Below, piece by piece: positions 9,741 to 18,900 of a DNA stretch of 64,000 nucleotides. This DNA is from Polyangiaceae bacterium (lineage in GTDB: Bacteria; Myxococcota_A; Polyangia; Polyangiales; Polyangiaceae). A model generated the notes under the pieces. It was not told the origin of the DNA. It saw only the letters and a program-made list of their open reading frames with translations, and did no database searches. Positions within the stretch are counted from its first letter, which is position 1, and every line of letters starts with the position of its first letter. Made by a program: the position numbers and the translations under genes. Location: contig JBILLK010000031.1 of NCBI GenBank assembly GCA_044376115.1, positions 59,231 to 123,230 of the forward strand. Reading direction: 5' to 3'.

Positions 9741-10865
9741 ATGGCGAGTTTCCCGGAGATTTTAGCGGAGGCCCTGCAACGGGTGGCTGCCATTACTCCC
9801 GAGGCGTTGCGGGCGCGGCTCGCTCAGGGCGAGCTTGCACTGCTCGACGTCCGTAGCGAGTTGGAGTGGAAAGCCGGCTCGATCGCAGGAGCCGTACATC
9901 TTCCAGAGAACCGAGTGGACCCGGAGATCGAGGAGCTTCTCCCGAATAAACAGCGTCCAATCGTCGTGTTTTGTTCGGGGGAGAAGCGCGCCGCGCTGGC
10001 CGGGGCGAACATGCTCGAGCTCGGTTACGCCAACGTATTGCGGCTTGCGCCGGGCTTCGATCGCTGGCGCCGGCTTGGCTTTGAAGTGACCGTACCCAAG
10101 GGCGAGCCGTTTTCGTTCGAGCGTTATCGCCGTCAGCTGGTGCTTCGTGAGGTGGGTGAGCTCGGCCAGCTGAAGTTGCGGCAAGCGAAGGTCCTGCTGG
10201 TTGGGCTCGGTGGGCTCGGCTCGCCCGCCGCGCTGTATCTCGCTGCTGCCGGCGTAGGCACGCTCGGTCTCTGCGATGCGGATCGTGTCGAGCTCTCCAA
10301 CCTTCATCGGCAGATCCTCCACTCGACGGCGCAGCTCGGCGAATTGAAGGTGAAAAGCGCGGAAGCCGGCCTCGGCGCGCTCAACCCGGAGGTGAGGCTG
10401 CTGCCGTACCCGGAGCGATTGACGACCGAGAACGCGCGCAACTTGGTGACCGCGTTCGACCTGGTGGTGGACGGCTCCGATAACGTTGCCACGCGTTATG
10501 CACTGAACGCTGCTTGCGTGGCGGCGAAGCGGCCGCTGGTGTTTGGCAGCGTTCATCGCTTCTCCGGCCAAGTGACCGTGTTCGGTGGCGCGCGCGCCGG
10601 CCAATGGGAAGGGCCTTGTTACAACTGCATGCATCCCCAAGCTGCGCCCGCTGGGCTCGCTGAGAGCTGCGAGGAGGCGGGTGTACTCGGTGCGTTGCCG
10701 GGGCTGGTCGGGACGCTGCAAGCGGTCGAGGTGCTGAAGCTGATCCTCGGTGCAGGGCAGGTGCTCACCGGTCGGGTGCTGCTGATCGACGCGCTCGGTT
10801 CGCGCTTCAGCGAATTGCGTCTGCGAAAAGACCCCCGATGCACTGTGTGCTCGGAGGTCCTTTAG
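9741..10865 (+). CDS. moeB: Molybdopterin-synthase adenylyltransferase with N-terminal rhodanese domain
   Basis: Rhodanese (LDVR..EW..G.I.GA; VFC) followed by ThiF/MoeB (RY.RQ, GLGGLGSP, SNLHRQ, CYNC, CTVC). Confidence 0.9.
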   Translation: MASFPEILAEALQRVAAITPEALRARLAQGELALLDVRSELEWKAGSIAGAVHLPENRVDPEIEELLPNKQRPIVVFCSGEKRAALAGANMLELGYANVLRLAPGFDRWRRLGFEVTVPKGEPFSFERYRRQLVLREVGELGQLKLRQAKVLLVGLGGLGSPAALYLAAAGVGTLGLCDADRVELSNLHRQILHSTAQLGELKVKSAEAGLGALNPEVRLLPYPERLTTENARNLVTAFDLVVDGSDNVATRYALNAACVAAKRPLVFGSVHRFSGQVTVFGGARAGQWEGPCYNCMHPQAAPAGLAESCEEAGVLGALPGLVGTLQAVEVLKLILGAGQVLTGRVLLIDALGSRFSELRLRKDPRCTVCSEVL

Positions 10866-10910
10866 CAAGCTGCGGAGACCGTCGCCCCGTGTGGCCGCGC
10901 TCGGTCGTGC

Positions 10911-11276
10911 TCAGGCTTGCGCTGGCGCCTGGGGCTTTCGCTTGAGCGTGTTGTACGCGAGCACGTCTTTGCGCGGGGTACGTGCGACGTCTTCGATCTT
11001 GCTCGTGATCAGCTGACGGTCCTCGCCCCACTCGGTGGTGTAGGTGAAGAAGATAGCGTCGCCCTTCTTGGGACCGTCGAGGCTGGGTACAACCGAGCCG
11101 TTATCGTAGAACTTGACGCCGCCCTCGACCTTCAACGCGACGGCCATGTGGCCCTCGCACCAGCGCTTCGATTTGCGGTCACGCACCGCCACACAGAGAT
11201 CGTCACGCAGGTGGTACTCGGTGTTTCTGGTGAACACCACGCGGTGCCGTCTTCGTTCATTGCCTTCGTACGCCAT
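10911..11276 (-). CDS. Conserved-looking hypothetical protein
   Basis: GGAGG RBS before ATG 11276; ERRRHRVVFTRNTEYH..D..CVAVRDR motif. Confidence 0.8.
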   Translation of the reverse strand: MAYEGNERRRHRVVFTRNTEYHLRDDLCVAVRDRKSKRWCEGHMAVALKVEGGVKFYDNGSVVPSLDGPKKGDAIFFTYTTEWGEDRQLITSKIEDVARTPRKDVLAYNTLKRKPQAPAQA

Positions 11277-11401
11277 CGACTTCCTCCGAGTTCGAAAGGT
11301 AAGGAAGAAGCTCGCGAGCGGCCAAACAACCCGTGTCGGTTGCTGCTCGCACGAGTCATGTTGGCCCATCCCTGAAAGCCTCAATACGCTTCGGGTTGGA
11401 A

Positions 11402-11836
11402 ATGACCCGCGGTCCCGGCATCACCAAGATTCGCTGCCTCTGGCCTGTCGCCGTAAAGCAGAAGACGCTTTACCGCGCGACCTTGCCGCTGCTCAACGAG
11501 TGGCTCGGGCATGCCGACATCGTGAGCGAGGGCGCGGTGGAAACTTCTGCTGCAGGTGCTTCGTACTTCGGCAGCACACACCTGCGACTGCCGTGGGCAC
11601 ACTCGCCACACCCAGCGCTGCGCGATCAGCGAGCGCTGCTCGTACTCGAGAGCGATCCACACTTGCGTGTGTTGATTTTGCGCGTTGCACGCCGCGAAGC
11701 GGAGACGCGCTGCCGCGGAACACTTCACGTAATGCGAGCTGACCTCAGCTTTTCCACAGACCCTGTGGGCTTCATCGCGCTCACGGATGTCGATGCAAGA
11801 GTCGCTCTCGTTGATGCATCAGCGCTTCACTCTTGA
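11402..11836 (+). CDS. Hypothetical protein
   Basis: 144-aa ORF from ATG 11402, divergent from the previous gene and filling the gap. Confidence 0.65.
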   Translation: MTRGPGITKIRCLWPVAVKQKTLYRATLPLLNEWLGHADIVSEGAVETSAAGASYFGSTHLRLPWAHSPHPALRDQRALLVLESDPHLRVLILRVARREAETRCRGTLHVMRADLSFSTDPVGFIALTDVDARVALVDASALHS

Positions 11837-11860
11837 CGCACGTGGCCACGTCGATAGAAC
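11833..11860 (+). promoter_or_regulatory. Putative sigma70-like promoter with a palindrome in the spacer
   Basis: TTGACG (11833-38), 16-bp spacer, TAGAAC (11855-60); perfect palindrome ACGTGGCCACGT at 11840-11851. Confidence 0.35.
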
Positions 11861-11879
11861 GCGTTGTGACGACGCACGC

Positions 11880-12905
11880 ATGAAGAAGCGAAACACAGGC
11901 GACGAGCAGAAAGTGATTCACGTCGTGTTCGGACCTGGCGGCGGTCGCGTCGGGCCAGCGTCGACGCATGACGCACACTCAATGTCGCGTGGCGCTGCAG
12001 CGGCTGAAGAAGGTGAAGTCCCGCGTTCCTCACGTGAGCCCGTCACGGATCTGTTCACGCTGACGGAGGTCGCTCGGCTGCTCTCGGTGTCCACCGGTCG
12101 CTTGCGCAGTCTTGACAAGAACGGCATCGTCACGCCCTCGGGCCGTCGGCGCGGTAGGAGGGCTTATACCTTCCAAGACGTGATCGCGTTACGCGCTGCG
12201 CGTGACCTGCTCGCTCAAAAGGTGCGGCTGCGGGATGTCGCCAAGGCCATCTCGAGCATCCAGCTGGCGTTGCCGCGCGTGACGCGTCCGCTCTCCGAGT
12301 TGAGCATCTTGTCCGACGGTCGGCAGGTGGTGCTGCGCACCGAGTCGGGCAACTATGAACCCGTCACGGGTCAGATGGTGCTCGATTTCGAAGTGAAGTC
12401 GTTGCGTGAAGACGTTGTGCGCGTGCTGCGCCCCAACGCCGGTCGCGAGCGCGCACGCACCGCCTACGATCTGTACGTGAAGGCGAGCCAGCTCGATGAG
12501 TCGCCCGCGACCTTGCCCGAGGCCGAGCGGCTCTATCGGCAGGCGATCGAGCTCGATCCGTGGCTCGCCATCGCCTACACGAACCTGGGCAATATCTGCT
12601 TTCGTCGCGATGAAGAGGAGTCGGCCGTCGCGCTTTATCGCAAGGCCCTCCAGATCGACACCACTCAGCCGGAAGCGCAATACAACCTCGGCTACGTCAT
12701 GCTCGAGCGCGGCGCGGCGGACGAGGCGATCGCCTTCTTCGAAGGGGCGATCAAGAGCGACCCTCGCTTCGCCGACGCTTATTTCAACCTGGCGATGGCC
12801 TTCGAACAAACGGGCCGCGCAGACGACGCTCGGCCGTGTTGGCGGCGCTACCTCGAGCTGGAGCCCACCGGCACCTGGGCCGACATCGCGCGCCGTCATT
12901 TGTGA
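11880..12905 (+). CDS. MerR-type HTH plus TPR repeat protein
   Basis: FTLTEVARLLSVSTGRLRSLDKNGIVTP..R.YTFQD HTH; TPR repeats (AYTNLG, AQYNLG, AYFNLA). Confidence 0.88.
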   Translation: MKKRNTGDEQKVIHVVFGPGGGRVGPASTHDAHSMSRGAAAAEEGEVPRSSREPVTDLFTLTEVARLLSVSTGRLRSLDKNGIVTPSGRRRGRRAYTFQDVIALRAARDLLAQKVRLRDVAKAISSIQLALPRVTRPLSELSILSDGRQVVLRTESGNYEPVTGQMVLDFEVKSLREDVVRVLRPNAGRERARTAYDLYVKASQLDESPATLPEAERLYRQAIELDPWLAIAYTNLGNICFRRDEEESAVALYRKALQIDTTQPEAQYNLGYVMLERGAADEAIAFFEGAIKSDPRFADAYFNLAMAFEQTGRADDARPCWRRYLELEPTGTWADIARRHL

Positions 12906-13004
12906 GGCGGGTGAGCCGCTGAATCTGCGGGTCCACGGCTTTGCAGCGCGGGGCTCGCGACGTTGTTTGTGGCGTAGCCGTTAGATTGTGGTACGCACGC
13001 GCAC

Positions 13005-14123
13005 GTGGCGGACAACCAATTGGCGCGGCAGCTGGCACACTCAGCCTTGGACGCCTTGAAGAAAGCTGGGCACATCGTGCTCGCTCCAGGGGGCGGAGAG
13101 CAAACGGCGAGGGAGATGGCTCAGCAGCTCGAGCCAGCCCTCCCGAGGATCCTCGCGAAGGTGGTGAGGAGCCCGATCATGGGCGAGGTCTCGAGCACCT
13201 TCGGGGATGAGGCTACCGACGAGTTGGTCGAGGAACTCGTAGAAGAGCTGCGTGAGACGGTGCTCGACTCCGACGGCGTCGAGGACGTATTCGCCGAAGA
13301 CCGGGCGATCGAACGGGTCATCTTCCTCACCTTGCGTGACGAGCTGCGTCTGCTCGGTAACCGTGAGGCCGATGACGAGGCTGAACCACCGCCGATCAGC
13401 GTCCGCTTGGACACCCTCGGTTACGTGGCCAAAGCTGCAGCACGCGAGGCCGAATTGCCGACGCTTCGGGACGCCCTCGATCGCGCCGCGCTCGCCGTCC
13501 AAGCGGAGCTCGACAACTTCGATGAAGAGGCGCACACGGCCTTCTTTCGCCCGGGGGACTCGGATCCGGAGAAGCGCATCGAGATCGAGGCGGCGATCGA
13601 GGAGGAGCTCTCCGATCTCGTGGATCTCGGCGTGGTGGAGCTGCCATCGGAGCTGCGCGTGGTACCGCTCCCAGCGTTGGCGCCCGACGCGCGGAAAGGG
13701 CTCAGCCGCCGCCTGGATGATTTAGCGGCGCGTCACCTGGCTGATCCGCTTTGTCCCGGAACGTGGGACTGGGGCGCTGAAAAGACGACGGTGGTGCTTT
13801 CGTTTACGCCGCTTACAGCGCCGAACCCGGCTTTGATCGACTCGGCTGCGGCGGCCTTTGGCGCAGGGCTTGCTGCACTGCTGGCCGAGCTTCCGAGCGC
13901 ACCCGCTGCTGCCGTTGAACCGGCCGAGGCGCGTCCCGCCCGCAAGGCTGCAGCCGCGTCCAAGCAAGCGGCTGGCTCGAAACCGGACGCTGATGACGCT
14001 CTAGCGAGGCGCCTGTTGGCCGCGCTCGAGGCGGAGCCGACGCTGAAGAAGAAGCCGGCCAGCAAGAAGAAGGCTGCCGAGCCGAAGGCGGCTGCGCCGA
14101 AAATGCCCAAGAAAAAGGCCTAG
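13005..14123 (+). CDS. Hypothetical acidic protein with Lys/Ala-rich C-terminal tail
   Basis: 372-aa ORF with coding-like composition and a KKKAAEPKAAAPK tail. Confidence 0.75.
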   Translation: MADNQLARQLAHSALDALKKAGHIVLAPGGGEQTAREMAQQLEPALPRILAKVVRSPIMGEVSSTFGDEATDELVEELVEELRETVLDSDGVEDVFAEDRAIERVIFLTLRDELRLLGNREADDEAEPPPISVRLDTLGYVAKAAAREAELPTLRDALDRAALAVQAELDNFDEEAHTAFFRPGDSDPEKRIEIEAAIEEELSDLVDLGVVELPSELRVVPLPALAPDARKGLSRRLDDLAARHLADPLCPGTWDWGAEKTTVVLSFTPLTAPNPALIDSAAAAFGAGLAALLAELPSAPAAAVEPAEARPARKAAAASKQAAGSKPDADDALARRLLAALEAEPTLKKKPASKKKAAEPKAAAPKMPKKKA

Positions 14124-14132
14124 TTCGGGCTG

Positions 14133-14165
14133 GCGGCGCAAAAAGCTGGAAATACTTTGCGCCGC
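14133..14165 (+). terminator. Stem-loop after the stop codon
   Basis: GCGGCGCAAA/TTTGCGCCGC 10-bp stem, 9 bp after the stop. Confidence 0.45.
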
Positions 14166-14308
14166 AATCACGTAAAGAGCGTCTAAAGGGGCGATGCTCT
14201 GTCTCGTGCTTGGCTTGGAGGCTGGGTCGCTCGGTGGGTGAGTCAGCTTTCCCTGGCTGAAGAATGCGTGGCAGGATGTCGGCCGGCTTTATCAATCTGG
14301 AGGATCGA

Positions 14309-14968
14309 ATGAATCAGAAGCTTATGTCAGTGGTGGCGGTTCTTGCTTTGGCAACGGGCTGCGTGGTCACGAGCAGTGACGGTACCGATGGTGGCGGCGG
14401 AACGGCTGGATCAGGCGGCACCACCACCAACGGCGGTGGCGGAACGGGCGGAGTGGCCAATGGCGGCGGTGGAAGCGGTGGAGCTCAGGCTTGCACCACT
14501 CCCGATGAGTGCGTTGGAATTGCCGAGGCTGTCTGCGTCGAGCCGACCTGCGAAGAGGGTGTTTGCGGCACCATCAACTCGGCTGAAGGCGTGCTCTGCA
14601 CCGATTCACAAGGGAGCGCTGGCTTCTGCAACGGTGAAGCGGCCTGCGTTGAGTGCTTGAGCGACACCGACTGCGCCAACGGCACCTGCAATGTGGACGG
14701 CGTTTGCGAGAGTGAAGTTCTCGGCGGCGTCTGCGGTGACAACTTCTGTCAGTTGGAGGTAGGCACGCAAGAGTGCTTGGCCTGCGCGATTGCCACGCAA
14801 AAGTGCAGCAACGAGCGCATCGCCTGCGTGAACGACGCGGACGGCAACCAGTGCGATACCTGCGGTGAGTTCTTCAACACCGGCGGTCAGAACTTCTGCC
14901 CGGGCAGCCAGGAGAAGGCGCAGGCCTTCCTCGATTGCGTTTGCACCGTCGGCGTCTGCGCCGAGTGA
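14309..14968 (+). CDS. Cys-rich lipoprotein (paralog A)
   Basis: GGAGG RBS; lipobox ATGC; Gly-rich linker; many Cys; CGDNFCQL motif. Confidence 0.85.
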   Translation: MNQKLMSVVAVLALATGCVVTSSDGTDGGGGTAGSGGTTTNGGGGTGGVANGGGGSGGAQACTTPDECVGIAEAVCVEPTCEEGVCGTINSAEGVLCTDSQGSAGFCNGEAACVECLSDTDCANGTCNVDGVCESEVLGGVCGDNFCQLEVGTQECLACAIATQKCSNERIACVNDADGNQCDTCGEFFNTGGQNFCPGSQEKAQAFLDCVCTVGVCAE

Positions 14969-14995
14969 TTGTCCGGGGCGGTTGACGCTCCAAGA

Positions 14996-15028
14996 AAGAG
15001 GACGGTCGGGCTAACCGTCCGTCCTCTT
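14996..15028 (+). terminator. Intrinsic terminator-like hairpin
   Basis: AAGAGGACGG/CCGTCCTCTT stem followed by GTGTTTCTT. Confidence 0.6.
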
Positions 15029-15109
15029 GTGTTTCTTGTGATGACGTGGGGAAGAGTCGCGCGGCGCATCGACGCGGGGCTGTCGTAAACCTTTCGCGGG
15101 AGGCTTGAA

Positions 15110-15895
15110 ATGTTCGGACGTACCTTCGGTCTTTGTTTGGCGGCATCGCTTTTGGTCGGCTGTTTGATCGTTGATAACAACGACGGTGAAGGCGGCTCGG
15201 GCGCTACCACCAACGGCGGCGGCGGCAGCGCCGGGTCGAACAACAACGGTGGCGGCGGTGGTACAGCCGGCTCGACGACCGATGGCGGCGGCGGAAGTGG
15301 CGGCCTCGGCGGCACGGGTGGTGTTGGCGGCGTCACCAACGGCGGCAGCGGTGGTCTCGGTGGTGAGGGCGGAGCGGGCGGCGCTGCCCAGTGCGTGAGC
15401 GCGGGTGACTGCGCTGAGTCGAACGAGGAGTGCCAGGTTGCGGTTTGCAACAACGGTGCTTGCGAATACGAGAACGCGGCTGAGGGCACGCTCTGCACCG
15501 ACGCCAACGGCGGTGGCGGATACTGCGATATGGCGGGGGCCTGCGTCGAGTGCATCATGGACAGCGACTGCATCGACACCGAGGTTTGCGAGACCGGGAC
15601 CTGCGTAAGCCAGATCCTTGGGCCGCCCTGCGGCGACAACTTCTGCCAACTGATGCCGGCCACGCAGCAATGCATCAGCTGCCTGTTCAGCGAGGGTGGC
15701 GCTGGTGGAACCTGCAACGCTGAGTACATGGCGTGTGTGGCGGAGGGCTCACCTGCTGGTTGCACCAGCTGCTTCGAGTATCTGAACGGCCAGGGCAACC
15801 AGGCCTCGTTCTGCAACAACGGCAACCTCGACAGCCTGCAGACGACTCAGAACCTGCTCGACTGCATGTGTGCGGCGAACGCCTGCGCGCAGTAG
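15110..15895 (+). CDS. Cys-rich lipoprotein (paralog B)
   Basis: Lipobox LVGC; Gly-rich linker; EG.LCTD, ACVEC..D.DC, CGDNFCQL and LDC.C shared with paralog A. Confidence 0.85.
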   Translation: MFGRTFGLCLAASLLVGCLIVDNNDGEGGSGATTNGGGGSAGSNNNGGGGGTAGSTTDGGGGSGGLGGTGGVGGVTNGGSGGLGGEGGAGGAAQCVSAGDCAESNEECQVAVCNNGACEYENAAEGTLCTDANGGGGYCDMAGACVECIMDSDCIDTEVCETGTCVSQILGPPCGDNFCQLMPATQQCISCLFSEGGAGGTCNAEYMACVAEGSPAGCTSCFEYLNGQGNQASFCNNGNLDSLQTTQNLLDCMCAANACAQ

Positions 15896-15914
15896 CCTCC
15901 TAACGTTCACGAGC

Positions 15915-15950
15915 AAAGGGCGTCCCATTCGCGTGGGGCGCCTTTCTTTT
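15915..15950. terminator. Probable bidirectional intrinsic terminator
   Basis: AAAGGGCGTCCCA/TGGGGCGCCTTT stem with T-tract, between convergent genes. Confidence 0.7.
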
Positions 15951-15984
15951 GTGTACGGCCCAGCCAGCGGCCCCCCAGCCCAGC

Positions 15985-18900
15985 CTACGGCTTCGGCGGT
16001 GGGCGCAACGGCAGCGAGGCGAAGAACGGCAGGCTCTTGCCCAGCCGCGCCTTGGCCAACTCGACGATGCGGTGCACCTCGGGGATGCGCTCGAGATAGG
16101 CGCTGCGGTGCTCGCTCCGGCCGATCTTCCGGGCGCGATCACAAATGGCGGTGAACCCAGCCTCGAGCGCGCTGTTGGCGCCGGCTTCATCCTCCACGGC
16201 GAGCAACGTTTCGATCAGGGTCAGGTGCGTGAGCTCCTCCCATTCTTCGACCGGTTGGCCGCGGATCAGATCCACCGCCTCTTGCGCGAGGGCCAGCGCA
16301 TCCCCGATCTCCCCGCGCGAGTAGGAGACCGCAGCCGCGACGAAGCGGGCCGTCGGGATCAACGCAGGCAAACTTCGAACCTCGGCCTCGACGAAGGAAG
16401 CGAGCGCTTGTGCCGCCGCGAGATCGCTCGATTCTTGGATGTCGTGCCCCTCGGCGCGCGCCTGGCCGATGCGCCACAGCAGCAGCAGCGCCTCGTACAC
16501 GCGGGCGTGCACGCGCAGCCGCGCAGCGCCTGTTTCATCGGCGATCTTGCCGGCCTCGCGCTGCATTTCGATGCCCCGGTCCACCAGGCCGAGGCGGGCC
16601 TCAGTCATGCCGAGGTTGTGCAACGCGAAGGCCTCGAGGATGCGCATGCGACGATCGCGAGCGTCACCCAACGCGCGATCGAGCAGCCAGCGCGCCTCCT
16701 CGAACAGACCGAGCAGGTTCATCGACGAGGCGGTGTTGAGGCGCGCGCGCGTCGCGAGCACCACGTCCCCAGCGGTGTCCGCGACGTCGATCACGCTCGG
16801 CCCGTTAGCCACGACCTCTGAAGGATCGGCGAGCTGCATGAGCGCAAACAGCCGCGCGTCGAGAACGCGTACCAGCGCCTCCGACGACTGCGACATTCGC
16901 GCGAGGGGAAGCGCCTCGTCAGCGAGCTTGAGGGCCTCTCGTGGCTGGCCGAGGTCGACGAAGCCGCGTACGCGAGCGGCCATCAGTTTGGCCCGCGTGG
17001 CGCTCGAAAGCTCGGTCTGCGACTCGAGCGCGGCCTTGGCTCGAGCGTCGCCCTCGATGCTGCGGCCACTCTCGATCAAAGCCTGCGCGGCGAGGCATTG
17101 CGCTTCCGCCCAACGATCACTGCCCGGCCTGGAAAGCTCCCCAGCGTCGAGCGCGGCGCGGACTCCGTCTTCCAGCCTGCCCAGCGGAATGCGGGCCTGC
17201 GCCGCCGCCAACATCAGCTCGGCTCGCAGCTCATCCGGCGGGCCGCAATTGAGTCCGCGATCGGCGAGCTCGAGCGCTGTCTCGAGGTGGGCGCCGGCCG
17301 ATAGCGCCTGCCGCGTCGCTCGCGCGTAGAGCGCCGCGGCGCGCTCGAAGTCTTCGCCGGCGTCGGCGTGCTTGGCGATCAGACCGACGTCGGCGTCGCC
17401 CTTCGACTCGAGCCAGGTGGCCGCAGCGCGATGCATCTCGGTGCGGTCTTCCTCGAGGATCGACGCGTAGGCTGCGTCGCGGAGCAGCGGATGGCGGAAG
17501 GTCCACTCGGTTTCACCGGCGATACGGCTCTGCGGCTGCTCGTTGAAGACCTCCAGCCGCTCGAGCTCGATCAGCTGTTCGGCGGTGGGGCGCTCGAGCA
17601 AATGGGAGACCGCGCCGGTCCAGAAGACCGGCCCGAGCACGCTGGCACCGCGCACCACCTCGCGAATCGGCTTCGGCATGCGATCGAGGCGCATTTGCAA
17701 CAGCGTTTGCACCGTCAGCGGCAGCTCATCTTGGCCGCGATCCGCAGCGCGCACGAGCTCCTCGAGGAAGAGCGCGTTGCCACCGGCGCGCTCGACGATG
17801 CTGGTTTGCAGCTTCGGATCGGCGGCGGGCAACGCTGCGCGAATCAGCCGTTCGGAGGCCTTCGTCGACAGCGGCGGGAGGGCGAGCCGCGTGGCGTTGC
17901 GGTTTTGCCACAAGCCCGGGAAGCGCGTGGCGATCTCCGGGCGAGCAAAGGCGAACACGGCGAACCGCAGATCCGGACAGCCGAGCAACCAATCGAGCAG
18001 ATCCATCGTGGTTTCATCGGCCCAGTGGGCGTCATCCACGAACACGAGCTGCGGCATCAACTCCGCCTGCGAGCGAATCAGCGCCTCGAGCGCCATGCGC
18101 GTGCGCGCCTGCATCAGCTGCGAGCTGCGCCTCGCTGCACGCAGCGGCTCATCCGCTTCATCGGGGAAGGGAACGCCGAGCAGCTCGGCGAGGAAGCTCG
18201 CCAAGAAACGCAGTGCCTTCGGCAGGCGGAAGTTGAGACTTTGGCGGACTTTGGCAATTTGGTCCTCCAAGCTTTCACCGTCATGCACGCCGAGTACGGC
18301 GCGCAACGCCCGGCCAAAACACGAGAGGCTGGAGCCCTGGCTCATCGGATCCCCGCGGATGATCAGCACTTCGGGCGGCAAGCCGCTCGATTCAACGCGC
18401 GTGATCAGCTCTTGGCGCACGCGTGATTTGCCGATGCCCGGCGGCCCGGTGACGATCGCGGCGCGGGGCGTACCCTCGTCGAGCAGCTCTTGATAGACGC
18501 TCACGAGCAGCGCGAGCTCTTTGTCACGGCCTACGGTGGGCGTTGGTCTGCCCAAAAGCAAACGTGCTCCAATGCCAGCCGTGTCCTCGCGGAGCAGCAG
18601 CGCTCCGATCGGATCTTCTTGCAGGACGAAGCGGCCCGCGAGCGAGGCGATCACGCTCGTGTCCACGCGCACCGAGCCGGCCGTAACCGCCTCGAGCTGG
18701 GTGGCGGCGCGCTCGAGCGCTTGGGCGGCGAGGCTGGTGGAGCGGGTGCGTGAATTGGAAGGCGAGGCGATGGCGTGGCCAGTGGCGAGCACGGCTTTGG
18801 CGCTGGGCAACGCTTTGGTCAGCATCAACGCGGCGCGTGCCGCGCGAATCGCTTCATCGCCGTCGGAGCGAGTGAGGCCCAACATGGTGACGATGCGGCT

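Noticed and set aside
9741..10865. MoeB/E1-like gene as a CBASS or ubiquitin-like defence component
   Set aside because: It has the ordinary rhodanese-MoeB architecture with housekeeping neighbours and no E2, JAB or cyclase genes nearby.
14124..14308. Riboswitch or ncRNA in the 185-bp intergenic region
   Set aside because: Apart from one hairpin after the stop codon, I recognise no conserved aptamer motif; an Rfam/Infernal scan would be needed.
14380..15385. GGC-rich tracts as DNA repeats
   Set aside because: They encode the Gly-rich linkers of the lipoproteins, a common low-complexity protein feature.
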